Shown here: positions 35,220 to 49,309 of the stretch, in pieces
How the letters are laid out: each line of letters begins with the position of its first letter
Position numbering within the stretch: the first letter of the stretch is position 1
Origin: Macrostomum lignano
Taxonomy: Eukaryota
Direction of reading: 5' to 3'
DNA length: 64,000 nucleotides
NCBI GenBank assembly: GCA_002269645.1
Contig: NIVC01000576.1
Location: 1 to 64,000 of the forward strand
Notes under the pieces: generated by a model
What the model saw: only the letters and a program-made list of their open reading frames with translations
Database searches by the model: none
What the model was told of the DNA's origin: nothing
Program-made: the position numbers and the translations under genes

Positions 35220-35789
35220 TGGACTTGGACAAGTGGGAGTGGGGTCAAGGACACGAGGACACTAAACTAAATAAAACAGTTCAGTTGACAATAAATCTGG
35301 CAATTGTAGAAAAGCAATTGTAGCTTTTGTATCTTCACTACTTCAGTAGCTGGAATGCAGTAAAAAGAGCAGGGGTCAGAAAGGTAAATAATAATTATAA
35401 TATGTAATTATAAATGGACTAAAATGACTAACCAGTTTGACTTTCACTGTCTCAGTTACAAGTACAAGATAGTATGAACCCTAGGCCTAGCCTGGCATAG
35501 GCCAGCCAGGACTATATATATAGCTATGAGACTGTATAACTATATGTTATAGTATAAGTATAATATAATTAACATATATTATACATATAATTATATATAA
35601 TGAATAATTGTTTCAACTTAACTTCTTGAGAGTTGACTGAAGTCCCCTGAGCCTAAATGACTATGTATGATATGACTATGAGTCTTGCACGAGTTATGAC
35701 CATGCCTGAAGACTGAGCCTAAATCTAGTAAATGATCTTTAACTTGTTTACTTTTAAGGTTAACTTAAATTTAAAATTAAATATACACT

Positions 35790-36260
35790 TTTGCAAAATA
35801 ATTGTGTCTTGTGAACTGATGGACAAAATCAAACAGAAAATGTGCTGCAGATATGCCAAAAAGCTAAAAAACAGTGATAAAAAGGCAACAAAAAAGTAGA
35901 AAATGTTTTCTATAACCTACATATAAAGAAAGAAGGTACACACAGTTGTAGAAACAACTGTTTGTCATATAAATGTAAAGTTTCACTGCTGAAACCAAGA
36001 TATTTTTCAACTTGTAGACAAAAAAGTTCTAAAAACTTGCCCGGATGAGCCAAAAAGCTAAAATAAGTGACAAAAATAGAGATAAAAAGTTTTTAAAAAA
36101 TGTTCCACCCTAAATAGAAACTCCAAAATTTATCTATGAGTACAAACCACTGTTTACCTTTAATTTGCAAAGTCTCACTACAAAAGGCAGGATAGTTTCT
36201 AACTTACTGACAAAAGAATTAAAAAATCATGCTCCGGCATATGCCATTTTTTTCAACTTT
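35790..36260. repeat. Degenerate ~194-bp tandem units
   Basis: GCCAAAAAGCTAAAA at 35855 and 36049, and a diverged GCCA at 36243, equally spaced. Confidence 0.5.
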
Positions 36261-39200
36261 TGTAACAACATGTAAGCATATTTTTCATATCCAACCATGT
36301 AATGACAGAAAAAGCATGGCAAAAGAAGCAAAACAAGTAGATCTTTGAAATAAGACCAAAAGTAGCAAATTTGGACAAAAAATGACTATTTTACACTCTA
36401 CTAAAGTACCTTTTTTCAAAACTGATATCAAAAAGGGAACAAGCCCATAGTGTAATTTTTATATCTAAAAAAACGCAAATTTTGAATCTTTAAATAGCCA
36501 TAACTTTTTTATCACTTGACCAATCTTAACAATCTTGGCCATTTTGGAAATCACTCAAGACCCTCTATCATGCTAGACAAGAAAAAATAGGATACCATAA
36601 ACTTTAGAAAACTCACTGGACAGCCTAACAAGATAGAACGCGTCTGTTTTTGACTGTTATGCGTTAACTATACATTTTCGAAATTTTAAAACTGAATGAA
36701 TTTGAATGTACTGTATATAATCAATGATTTAATTTTTATGAATAGGTCTTTAACTACATGGCCTAAATAGGCCTAGGTCCTAGTTACCCCTGTTACTGGC
36801 ACCCAGTAAAATGCGGAATCCACAGTGGATTTTAAATGGAATAGCTCAGTATAATGGGGAATCCGCAGTAATATAATTGCAAATATACTACTTTGTCTTT
36901 GGTAATTGATTGTAGCTTTTAAAAAGAAATTTGGCCTACTAGACGTATTCATTCACATTGTCTGCTTTGTATATTTTAATTTGTACTAAGTTTTTGTTGC
37001 AGGGCTCTTTATTATTCTTTTGCTAGCCGTACTAGCTGCCACCAAAGTTGTTGCAGGCCTGTTAATTCTGTCTTTCTACTTAATGTACTTTTTGCATAAA
37101 TGTACTAATAATATTGGTAGCATCTACTTATCTAATGGTAGCGTTTGTACTTCTATTGTACTTTCTAGCCTGAGCGGTCTATTGGCACTGTCTAGGCCTA
37201 TTCTATTCCTATACTTCCCCTAAAGTATTATTCTCTCAGTCCTAGGCGTTCCCTGGATCAGAGGGTCACAGCTTATGCTCCTTTTCTGCCCTGAGGTGAT
37301 CTTCTCTCACTATGAAGTGGTTCTTCTGCCTTGAGGCAATTTCTCTATTATTGCCCTGAGGCAATCTCTTCAAGATTTCTTATTGAGTGAACTTATTGCT
37401 TCAATATTATTCTAGCAAGCGAGTAAGTTGCTTTTCTTGGCCCCATCTGGGCTCCTATTTATACCATTTCGTATATATATTTAAAACAAACTTTGATTTT
37501 CTACAATATTATTTGTGCACACAATGTTAAAACAAAAATATTACTATTTGGTGGAAATTTGAATATGGTAATTTCTAAGAAAGCAATGGTTCGTGTAAAC
37601 TGAAAATAAAGCCATATTTCATACTGTAAAGCAAATATATTACACTGCCTCATTATAAACAGAAACTTAGCTAGCCTAGTTACTAATAGCTATGTTATAT
37701 GCATGCAGAGTGCAATCAATAGATTGAAGATGACCTATGATTTTTTAGTTCAATAGGGCCTATTCTTTTGTTAGACAATCCTTCCTTAAGTAGGCCTACA
37801 TAAAGTTTTGTTTTGAAATTGTAGGCCTACTTTGAAATCTTGCTAGGCCTAGGCAGTGGCCTAGGCCTTATACCATATATGTTATATGTGCTTATGCCAT
37901 ATAATGAACAGTAACAGCACCTATTATTATTTTTAAAACAACATTTTACTTGGAACAAGACATTTTGTTCAAAGACTTTTAGCATGCCATAACCAAAGCA
38001 AAGTCAATGCATGCTATGCTTAGAGATAGAGTGAAGAAAACTCACCATATATTAAAAAATCATTTATAATGACAGAAAGGAATTTATTTGAACTGTTTAT
38101 ACTTGTACTGGCTCATTCCATATAAGATGGACATATTTGGAAAATAGAAAAAAGTCAATATTTTTGCTTGCCATTGCCTAATTAGCCTTTTTTTACCAAA
38201 TGTTTATATTGTGCAATATATACAATCTAAGAATAAAGGAATGGTAAAATGTTGGATTAGTATGTTATCAATTGGCAAAAAGTCATTTTTGTAAAAATTT
38301 GGACATTTTTCAAAGCAAAAGACATCATTAAGATTTTGTACCTTTTAAAAACAAATAGAAAGCTTTTGAAGGTTGAAACAAACTATAGATAAAAGTATAG
38401 TACTTGCATCATCAGATAAAAGCATTGGTGACCAAATAATCTATTATATTTTTAATGTATTAGTACCTCAAAGTTACTGAATTGACAGAAAAAAATATGT
38501 TACGACCATAATGTTATGACCATAAGGCTGCCTTTTCTTTTGTATCTTTGTTGCCTTTTGAGTTTATATATTCTAATAAAAGAGTATGATTTCTAAAGTA
38601 GTAGTAGTAATTTGGCTCAGGCAAGAAGCCTGTTTGGCCAGTATATGTCAGTGTATTTAATATTAATATTATTTCGATAGAATGGGATCTGTGCGGCGAG
38701 TTTTACAATAATATAGTATTTGAAAGGGCGCCAATTTTTTTTTTTACGAAACTTCAAAAATCTTTAACGGCAAACAAAGCAAAAAGTATTTAAGTAAGGA
38801 ATTAAAAGACAAGTATGGTGTCACTTGAATTCGTAGGTGATAAAAATAAGTTTATATGTATTAATCAGACAAAAAAATCAGATGAAAGGATTGCTGGCAA
38901 TTATTAGGCATTAAATATGAAGGGTATTTTTGAAGCAAATATGTAAGAAAGAAATAACCAAAAATAGAGTGCTTAAATAAAAATAAGGCGCGATTAGAAA
39001 AAGAAAATTTTTACATAAATAAACGCGTAATACGGGATAGATTGCACCGGTATTGTTTACTCGAAGAGGGGTAGGGACTTAATAGCAAGAGATGCATAGT
39101 AGCAAGAGGGAATAGCAAGTAAAGTATCAAGGTAACCAGGGATTCAATTGGTGTAAGATGGTCAGCAACAGCGTGGTACACATGGTGTTCTCTATAATTT

Positions 39201-40849
39201 TCATGTCGGTTAAGGAGGGAGATTTGCTATGAGTTTATAGATCTTCTCGATAGCTAGCAAATCTTTTTTATTTTTGTTTTCGTTTGTAGCATAGCCTAAA
39301 CTGTAAAAGTGTCTTGTGCTCAGGTGGCTTTGGTTAAAGTATTTTTTCCTGACATCTAGTATACCGACACATTCCGTTGTATAGTGTAAGATATTATTGC
39401 CTGAATCTCTGCCACAAAGTTTGCATTTTTCTTGGGTGTATTTGCTTGGTAAGAACTCAGTTTTAAGCTTAAGCAGAATTTCTAGGAGTTTTTTATCTAA
39501 AGATGTTCTTAGTCAAATTTTAAAAATGTATTGCAAAATATCAAAAATGAAAAATGTTATAAGACTTTTACCTTTTAGTTTCTATATGTCAAAAATCCTG
39601 TCGTTACGACCATAAGTGTCATTTAAGGTTTAATAGCATCTATACTAATGATGATATCTATATGAAACTCTATAAATATATTCTAGACAAAATAATCTTT
39701 CATTTAAAATATTGGTTTAGTATATTCTATTATTAGATTTCATTTTATAAGTAAAAATAACCTGTCATGTTACGACCATGCTTATATGGAATGAGCCTAC
39801 TATATATATGCACTTTCCTTATCCCTATCAACATATCTTACCTTGGCATAGGTCATCATAGGGGGTAGGGTATCAGGGTTTGGATAGGCTAGTAGGGTTG
39901 TTGAAAAACCCCAGACCCTAGATAGATAATGGTCTCTCAATTTGAGATACACTTATTAGAATTGCAGTAGCTATCTCTCAAAAGTCACAAAGTCTCTCAT
40001 CCTTTGGCTTCTAGCTTTCTAATCATAAGCATGCTGAAAGCCTATTATTTTTTATTTATTAGCCATTTGAGCCTTTCTCCACCTCTTTCCCATTCTCTAT
40101 CAATCCCTTACAAGCACTCACTAAGACCACAAGCCCCTTCCAGAGTCTAGACAGGCAGTAGGCAGTGGCCATAGTAGAAGTTTTTATTTGTAATTTTAAT
40201 GGCATGCCAAGCAACAAGCTAGGCCTTTAGTTTTAGCTAAGGAGGCCATAACTGATAAGATTGCTAACAATCCCATGGCTCACTAATTCCTATTAAGTAG
40301 CTGCTTTTTCATGTCTTGAACTTTTTAAAGCAGCAAAAAGGGAGGGGGCAAACAACTAAATTACAAGGATAGGCAAAACAATAAACAACAATATTAACTC
40401 AAAAAAGTCAACCAACATAGATTTTTTTGTTTTGCAAAATATTAAAAGAGTAAATGCTTAAAAAGAATCTATATTTATTTCATAAGGTTATGATCATATA
40501 TAGCATTATATTGCTACCTTTCCCTTTAGATAAGATCTATGCTTCTCTTGCTTAATAAAATTTGATTACATGGTAACTTAGATTTAATTGCTATACTAAA
40601 TAAAGCAATATAGTTTTATAAGTTTCTAGAATGTTTAGTAGATAGAAGCTAAAGTACAAAATTGACAATTATTGGTATATAAGCATATATATAATTCAAT
40701 ATTAGAAATTTCACAAAAATGCAATAGTTTATCTTATGAATGTTTTTGAATATAAACTACTATCATTAGAAATTTTTAATTCTGCCACTTAGATCATAGT
40801 GGCACTGAGTGGAATTCACTATTCACTCAGAGTAAGTTTGAGTATATTA

Positions 40850-41500
40850 GAATAACAGAGTCCTTGATACTATTGTGCAATAATGCTATTGTAGCTAAGG
40901 CATCTATAGCTAAATCATCTATTAATTAAGCATGTACATTGCATATAAAATGTAATAGACAATAACCACAAGCAATTGCAATCTCCTTGTGAACTATTAC
41001 TGCTTTTAGATGATATATCTATGCATCATCTAGTCATAGCAATAAGCAAATTGAAGTTAGCACTCATTTTTAAAAAAACCTTGTTAAAATTGAAAAAAAC
41101 TTCTTAAAACTTTAAAACTTTGAAAAAACTTTTGAAAAAAGAGTTTTTGAAATCTTGCTAGCACAACTAGTTGAAGCCAATATATTGCAGTGCATAAAAT
41201 TCTTGGGATATTAAATGTATCCAATGTCTCTATAGCCTTTGAATTGTCATAGTTTTGGCAAAGACTCACTGATTTCTTATTGATTATTGTAACTCCAAAA
41301 TTCATTATGAATAATATTAGCAAGTTTCCCTGCTCACATTGTTTTGCATTTGGAATCAAAGCCAGGCTACATTTTGTTGTGGAGCAATAAGACAACATAG
41401 TTTTGTTGGTAAATATTATATATATGGTTTTCTTAAAGTATAAATTTTGATCAGGGAAACCTATAGTTTTTCAAAATTGATGCATGGATACTTAGATAAA
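40850..41500 (-). mobile_element. Highly eroded non-LTR reverse transcriptase remnant (RTE-like)
   Basis: Minus-strand LKNYR (~41460), NYDNSKAIETL..NIPRILCTAI (~41240) and IDDLA..IALLHNSIKDS (~40900). Order and spacing fit RT motifs NYRGI, DFSKAFDSI..GIP and ADDIALL; many stops. Confidence 0.35.
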
Positions 41501-42996
41501 AAGTACATGGGAACAATATACAATTATTACTTTTATCTCAAAAAATCTTTGAATTTTCAGAAATAGAATTTTTGACAATTTTAATGGGCACATTTTGTTA
41601 ACCTGTATTGTCTATATTGACTTATTACATTTTTGAAAGGCTATTAGAGCTTGCTTTTAGATTTTCTAGGCAGCAAAATTGATTTGCAAACTTTGATCAG
41701 AGAATAATATCCTTATCAGTGCTATATTTCTAGTTCATTACCAAATTCACATTCGATGTCTTCAAAGTGGTGACAATTGATAAAATTCATGCATTAAACC
41801 AATAGGATTTGGCAAACTTTGGTTTTCTTGTTGGATTCTAAATCTGTAGTTTTTCTTGAATTTTTCACTGTAATTAAAGGTATCATTGTTGTAGGAATTT
41901 ACCTAGTTTGTACTATTTTTTTCAGTTCTTTCAGACTGATTGTCCAAATCAGAATTACAATCTTTTGGTTGCTTCTTAGTGGATTGTTGTCTGTTGCTAT
42001 GTTGTAGCTTCATACCTATTAGAATTTTCTTTGATAGGACTGCTAAAATATTGCCAATTAAGAGTTTGCAGCAAGAATATGACAGCACTTTAGCAAACTC
42101 TTGCATTCACTTGTTTCAGTAAGATAGAGGCAAAAAATGCTTTTTCCTGGGATCCTTCAACAACAAAAACTTACAGTTTGCTAGGAGTGTGAGTGGCTAT
42201 TATTTTAAAGGATTGGAAACATTGCAGAAATCCATATACTAAAAATGGTCTGTCAGTAGGTATGTGATCGATTTTAGCAAAAACGTCCATATACCAAAAA
42301 TTTTAAGCTATATTTTTAAAGGCCTGGTTTCTTAGTGAATGTTTGTACTACATGCAGTCTTGACTGTAGAAATATTCTTGGAGGTTCATAATGGCTATTG
42401 GGACAATTCAGTTGACACATATCTTCCATTGTCTAGTGCCAGATTGACTGGTACACCTTGGATAGACTAAAGCATTAAAAGCAAATGATAAGTAGAACTA
42501 GATCTTTAAATTCCAGTCTGCATATCTGTAGAATTGCATTATATAGAAATAATTGTCTTAGCAAATTCTAAAATTTTGCTAGCTGTACCACTACTACATT
42601 TATAATTTTTTAACTGTCCTTTGGCACATTTGGTATGGCTATTAGTTATAACTATGTCACAACTGTGCCATAACTATCAATTAAAACCCTCTTATTACTA
42701 AATCAACAATTATTTTTCCATTTATTTTTGACTGTTTTCATATGCCATTAACACAGTTAAAGTAATTATTTCCCAATGGGGTATATTGGCAAGTCATGTG
42801 ACACCCACTAAAGTCTTGTTACTAAAGTCTTTATCTGTAATATAATATTAAGATACATCATTGTTCATTGTGGTATATAAAAGTAGTAAACTGTCTATCA
42901 ATCAATTCAAGATATGCCAATATGTGTATGAAACATGTGTGCATTTTTATGTCAAAGTATTTTGTGCAACAACCAATATATTTTCCTATTTATTAC

Positions 42997-43146
<150 letters not shown>

Positions 43147-44645
43147 GACTTGGTTTTATTACAGTAAGGAGTGTTTCTATTTATAGCCTTGGGATTCTAA
43201 GAGAAGTTTCTAGAATATGTTACTATTTTTAGTGTATGGTTTATGGTCTAGTCTATTTTTTATTATAAGCAGAGAAACTACTGTAAACATATTTGTATAG
43301 TGTTGCAACAGTGATGTATTATTTTGCATTACACAAATGAAAAGTGCTTGTAATTTTTGAGAAGAAATAGGTTAAGAAAATATATAATGGACAAGTTGTC
43401 TGAGTAGAATTTTATTTTTTGTTTGGTTTCAGAATTTAGGTTAAGCATAACTATATACATGTATGTATAGTAAATAATATTGCACTTTGAAAACAAAAAA
43501 ATTATGAACTATTTAGTATTAAGCTTAAGCCTGAAGCTCATGATCTTTTCTTTAGTGAAACAACATTGATTGTAATAATTTGGTCAATTTGTATTTTACG
43601 AGTGTATTAATAAGTAGTGTCATAATCTTTTTTTTCAGAATTCCTGTTAGGAGCAGTAGAAGTCAGTCAATATGGGCAAACAAAATGGAAAACAGAAATC
43701 AGTGCAGCATCAACATGCTAATGGATCTAGCAAGACCAAAGCGACAAAAGATAAAAAGATAATTGGAAAGAGAGTCAACAAAAAACAGGTGTGTTTTCTA
43801 GCTGATAATACCCAATCTGTTGACCCCAGACACACAGACATGTGCAGGGATACATCAGGCATTTATACTCACCGTGTGTACAGCGGTCCTGACATTCCCA
43901 TTGGCAGGTCATTAAAAGCGTTACTACTAGAGTCATTGCAAACTCGCTGGTGATTTAAGCGACTTTTTAACCACTCAAACGACTACAATGCGACATAATT
44001 GCTATTGTTGAGTCACAAGTGCGCATCACATGAGTTGCAGAATTGTATGAGTCATGAAAAAGTCGTCCAAAAGTCGTGTTAACTTTCTACTTATTCAAGT
44101 AGACTAAATAGAGTTTTTTGAATTGCACTATGTAATTCTGATTTGATAAAGGGACACAGATGCGCTTTAGCCGCAACTCAGTGATTCTTAAGCAACTCTA
44201 ACGCCACCCAGAGCCGTTTCTGAGTCGCAGACAATAAAAGGCCTCAAATTTGACAACTTTTTGTCGACTTGTTCCGTGACATCTCGTCGTTTTAAAGTTG
44301 TCTAGAGTCACTTTTTTCCCTATTTTACTTATGTTACCTGCACGTTCGTGGCTGGATGGCTCTGCTGCACTGTGATGCCGGTGATGCTAGACTTAGACAC
44401 ATCAATCACTGAGCTCATATATGAGACTTACCAATAAAAAAATGAACAGAAATTATTGTAATTCTGGGTAAACGGCAGGAGTAATTATGACTTTATTATT
44501 AGAGTTAAATACCTCGTCATCTAATTAGTACGACGTCTGTACTTTTGGGGTAGGCATTTTTGCGACTTACCTTGGCTGGGCCCTTCGCCGGCTCGGCCGG
44601 GTGTTGCGCATGTATGACTGAGCTACACATCCCCCCAAAGTATGT

Positions 44646-44972
44646 TTGTTGTTTGGACCAATTAAATGCCTTGCTGTTCATTCCCAACAGATTAGCAGCC
44701 AAGTAAAAGATGCTGTGGAACGGACCAACTCGTGCAACACGGAGCTCTACGCGTTCTATGCTCAGCGCAATAATGCAGCGGCATCAACAATGGAAACATC
44801 GCAGTTAAATACTGATGCTACTACTACTTTAAGTAATAATGATCGGCACCGTCTGATAGAACAGGTGACCGCCGCGTTTAATCCCGAGCGTCGCGATGCC
44901 GGCATCTCCATGGCAACCGATTCACTGGAACGTGTCGCATTATTGTCGGGCGTTGTAGAACAGAAAAAATGA
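44646..44972 (+). CDS. Possible short ORF or terminal exon of unknown function
   Basis: Open frame after the acceptor-like TTCCCAACAG (~44689), with AATAAA at ~45022. No ATG start or family recognised. Confidence 0.25.
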   Translation: MLFGPIKCLAVHSQQISSQVKDAVERTNSCNTELYAFYAQRNNAAASTMETSQLNTDATTTLSNNDRHRLIEQVTAAFNPERRDAGISMATDSLERVALLSGVVEQKK

Positions 44973-45159
44973 TGCTACAGTTACAGTTGGCTGTCTGTTA
45001 ATGTCAAAGAATGTAATAGTTGAATAAATTTTGTGTTGATGCGTCTTTCCCGCTAATGTTGGAAATGGGAATTTTTACATGTTTTCCTTATTTGAACATA
45101 AGTTTATACAGTTAAAAAATGTACAAAATTCAAAGATAATTTTCAGACCATAAGGCACA

Positions 45160-45650
45160 AACACAATGTCCATTCCCGTAGCCACAATCACAGTCACAGA
45201 CATTCTCCCAAGCCACAATGTCCACAATCACAGACACAATGTCCATTCCCGTAGCCACAATCACAGACACAATGTCCATTCCCGTAGCCACAATCACAGA
45301 CACAATGTCCATTCCCGTAGCCACAATCACAGACACAATGTCCATTCCCATACCCACAATCGCAGACACAATGTCCATTCCCATAGCCACAATCGCAGAC
45401 ACAATGTCCATTCCCATAGCCACAATCGCAGACACAATGTCCATTCCCATAGCCACAATCACAGACACAATGTCCATTCCCATAGCCACAATCACAGACA
45501 CAATGTCCATTCCCATAGCCACAATCACAGACACAATGTTCGTTCCCATAAGCCACAATCGCAGACACAATGTCCATTCCCGTAGCCACAATCACAGACA
45601 CAATTTCCATTCTTACAAGCCACAATCGCAGACACAATGTCCATTCGTCA
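45160..45650. repeat. 33-bp minisatellite immediately upstream of SPT4
   Basis: Unit ACAATGTCCATTCCCGTAGCCACAATCACAGAC. Confidence 0.95.
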
Positions 45651-45673
45651 ATATCATGCATGCTGCACTGAAA

Positions 45674-46024
45674 ATGTCCATAGAAACCGTTCCAAACGAG
45701 TTGCGCAATCTTCGAGCCTGCATGATTTGCGGCCTAATAAAAACGTTCACCCAATTCGAAGTGGACGGTTGCGATAACTGCGAAGATTTTCTCAGCCTGA
45801 AGGACAACAAGGACATGGTGTACGATTGTACATCGGCAAATTTTGACGGCATGATTGGGCTTATGTCGCCAGACGATTCTTGGGTAGCTCGATGGCAGAG
45901 AATCTCCAAGTTTCAAAAGGGCATTTATGCTGTTTCTGTGTCTGGCACGTTGCCAAGGCATGTGCAGAGAATGCTGAGCGAACGAGGCGTTCCATATCGA
46001 TCGTTGGACGTGTCTGAGAAGTGA
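45674..46024 (+). CDS. SPT4: Transcription elongation factor SPT4, 116 aa, intronless
   Basis: LRACMICGLIKTFTQFEVDGCDNC zinc finger, CTSANFDGMIGLMSPDDSWVARWQRI and GIYAVSVSGTLP. Confidence 0.95.
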   Translation: MSIETVPNELRNLRACMICGLIKTFTQFEVDGCDNCEDFLSLKDNKDMVYDCTSANFDGMIGLMSPDDSWVARWQRISKFQKGIYAVSVSGTLPRHVQRMLSERGVPYRSLDVSEK

Positions 46025-46658
46025 ATTAATGAATTTTACTAACTATTAATGCGTTTATTGACCATATTTTATGATTTAATGTTTTAAATGAATGCATACT
46101 GTTAATCGGTGTATTAATTGTTCTTTTTGTTAATACTTATTGCTTCAATAATGTCCATTTCATAGTCTCTCTTGAATGTGGCAAATTTTCATATGCTATC
46201 ATTTGCTAGTATGTGCGTAGCTTATGTGAAAGATGTGTTAAAGTGTATTAGTACTTTATATTTACTTAAGTTCTTTATATACGCTAGTTAACTATTGCTA
46301 CTATACTATACTATTAAAATGTTAAGGACCCGGTAAGGAAGTAATCATATTGCCATAACATTGCTTTCGTCCTCTGTGAATTGTACATTCTTTATCTGGC
46401 TCGCTTAAAATATATTCGATCGAGTGCTTGTTAAAAAGCATCATTTTTCTCTGTCTTTGTTTTCTGTCTTAGTAAGTCAATATCCGTGTGTACACCTTTA
46501 GTGAGCGTGTGCATGCCGTGTGTATGAGTATGAGGCGACTCTCCGTAGCTTGGAATGTCATGTGTATGAATATATTTTATCATATCAATATGTACGAGTA
46601 TCTGTCCCCCGTTGGACTCTTTCAGCTTAGTATCGACCCAGCTTCATCAAATAAAAGA

Positions 46659-48611
46659 ATGCGAATCGAATATACAGCCGAGCCCGACAACTCGGCACTG
46701 TCTGCTCCGTTTATTGTGTACTCAGATGCTGATTTGTTGATTTCTAATTCCGATAGTGATAATGTACCCGAATCTGAGAAGCAATTGCTGCCTAATTTGC
46801 TGGAACAGGGCTGGCTGGTGAGATATTTTCTAAGTAGCACTTTCTAAGTATGAACCGTTGATTGAAATTAAAAATTAGCTTAAATCATGTACAAAGTACA
46901 TGCATTTTTGCTTTCTAAACCAGTAAAATCGACCTAAACGATTAAAAACTGGCCCTAAACCAATAGAAGGTGCCTTAACGATAGGAGACCTTCCTAAGCC
47001 TTTGAAAATCGCAAGAAACTATCAAAATCGCACTAAATCTATAACAACCGCCTGGAAGCTATAAATATCACCTCAACCATTAAAAATCGCCTACAACCAG
47101 TGCAAATCACCCTCAACCAATAAAAATCATCCTCAACCAATAAAAATCATCCTCAATCGATGGAAATCACTCCACCAATGGGAATCACCGTCAACCAATA
47201 AAAATCATCCTCAATCGATAGAAAACACTCCACCAATAGGAATCACCGTCAACCAATAAAAATCATTCTCGATCAATAGAAAACACTCTCCACCAGTAGG
47301 AATCACCCTTAACCAATAAAAATCATCCTCAATCAATAGAAAACACTCTCCACCAATAGGAATCACCCTTAACCAATAAAAATCATCCTCAATCAATAGA
47401 AAACACTCTCCACCAATAGGAATCACCCTTAACCAATAAGAATCATCCTCAATCAATAGAAAACACTCTCCACCAATAGGAATCACCCTTAACCAATAAA
47501 AATTATCCTCAATCAATAGAAAACACTCTCCACCAATAGGAATCACCCTTAACCAATAAAAATCATCCTCAATCGATAGAAAACACTCCAGTGACTCCAC
47601 CAATAGGAATCACCCTCAACCAAAAGAAATCAACCTCAACCAATAACATTATCACCCTTAACTGCTCAGGCCCGCCAGCACCTGCTCCGTTATCAGCCGG
47701 ACAATGTCAAATCGCGTCAACTCAACAAAGAAATTTCTGCTTATTTCAATCCCAGTCGATTTGCTACCAGACGAGTTCATGCCAACAATGTGGATGGATT
47801 AAATGCGCCATTTAATCCATCCGGATTTCATTTTGGCAAAGCTGATCGAACGGAGATCACAGTGAAATTGTGGCACGAGGCCTGGGGTTCGAAACCTCTG
47901 CCCAGGGTGCAGCTGTTTGTGAACATATCGCCGATAGACCGGCAGCACTATGTGATTGTTCCAGACTGTGAGCTGCAGCTCAATCAGTGCCTGACACCGT
48001 TCGCTTTGATGTCGGGTTTGCACCTGTTATTGTTAACACCGGGCACTCGGTATCGGCTTGGCTTCAATAGTTTATTAGCCTATGCGTCTGTTAATCATTT
48101 GCATTTACACCTGTGGCGCAGCGAACCAGTTTGCCTAGCAACCGGCTGTGAAATTGTCCCATTAGATTCGGATATTGGTCTGTACACTTTTCCTCTGGAT
48201 AGAATGCCAGTCAGGACTATGGTGTTTGAGTTGGATAGTGGCGAGCAGGACTCAGTAAACTTGCTGCATAGTCGAGTCATGTCCGCAGTTGTTGCTTGTC
48301 AGCGTGCCAATGTGCCTCACAATCTAATTGCCGGCCGGACACTGTCGGACAGTGATGACAGCTGTGGCAGATTGCGCGTCTGTTTGTTTCCTAGGCAACC
48401 GGCTCGATATTGTCCAGATTCTGCTTATTGCGTTGCTGTGGCCGAACTATCCGGCCAGTTGATTGTGCAAGACGCTGATACCTTTGATCAGCTGACTGTG
48501 GCGGATGTGTTGGCTAGTTATGCTAAATGCTCCGTTAGTGAGGACCAGTTTGAGGATTTGAGGCAAAGTTATCGCCAGATTCTAAAGCAGCAGAGCCAGT
48601 GTCAGAGTTAA
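46659..48611 (+). CDS. GDPGP1: GDP-D-glucose phosphorylase 1-like (HIT superfamily), ~366 aa; join(46659..46817,47670..48611)
   Basis: FNPSGFHFGK, LFVNISPIDRQHYVIVP and GFNSLLAYASVNHLHLH (HIT-like motif). A phase-0 GT-AG intron joins PFIVYSDADLL..QGWL to ARQHLLRY. Confidence 0.88.
47100..47640. repeat. 60-bp minisatellite in the GDPGP1 intron
   Basis: Unit CAATAGAAAACACTCTCCACCAATAGGAATCACCCTTAACCAATAAAAATCATCCTCAAT. Confidence 0.92.
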
Positions 48612-48849
48612 ATGCTTAATTAACTTGTGCCGACATAATCTCTATGCGCTTACAAGTTCCGACTTTTCTTGTTTTTATAATTCAGCAGTTTTCTGCTGTT
48701 ATCCGTAGATATGCAACTGTTAAATATTTATTGCTTAAAAAATGCACTTTTACTTGCCTGTTTTAGAAATACTTTTGTTTAGTTTTCGTGTTTGTAATTA
48801 TTTTATTCAATATCCCGATATGCAACCGGCCACTCAGACCCTTCGAGTT

Positions 48850-49262
48850 CCCAGATCCTCAGTCGCTAGGCCAGCTTCCCAGATCCCCAGTTGCTAGGCC
48901 AGCCTGCCAGATCCCCAGTTGCTAGGCCAGCCTCTCAGAGTGTCAGTTGCTGGGCCAGCCTCCCAGATCCTCAGTTGCTGGGCCAGCCTCCTAGATCCTC
49001 AGTTGCTGGGCCAGCCTCCCAGATCCTCAGTTGCTGGGCCAGCCTCCCAGATCCTCAGTTGCTGGGCCAGCCTCCCAGATCCTCAGTTGCTGGGCCAGCC
49101 TCCCAGATCCACAGTTGATGGCCAGCCTTTCAGATCCCCAGTTGCTAGGCCAGCCTCTCAGAGTGTCAGTTGCTGGGCCAGCCTCCCAGATCCTCAGTTG
49201 CTGAGCCAGCCTCCCAGATCCACAGTTGCTGGCCAGCCTCCCAGATCCTCAGTTGCTGGGCC
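48850..49262. repeat. 28-bp minisatellite between GDPGP1 and EXD1
   Basis: Unit CCCAGATCCTCAGTTGCTGGGCCAGCCT. Confidence 0.92.
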
Positions 49263-49309
49263 ATTGCACAATCCATTTTGCTAATAAAAATGAAACTTCC
49301 TGCCCTACC

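Noticed and set aside
45130-45661. Cys/His-rich metallothionein-like ORFs (CVCDCGYGNGH, HNHRHNVHS repeats)
   Set aside because: Alternative frames of the 33-bp minisatellite with no independent gene evidence.
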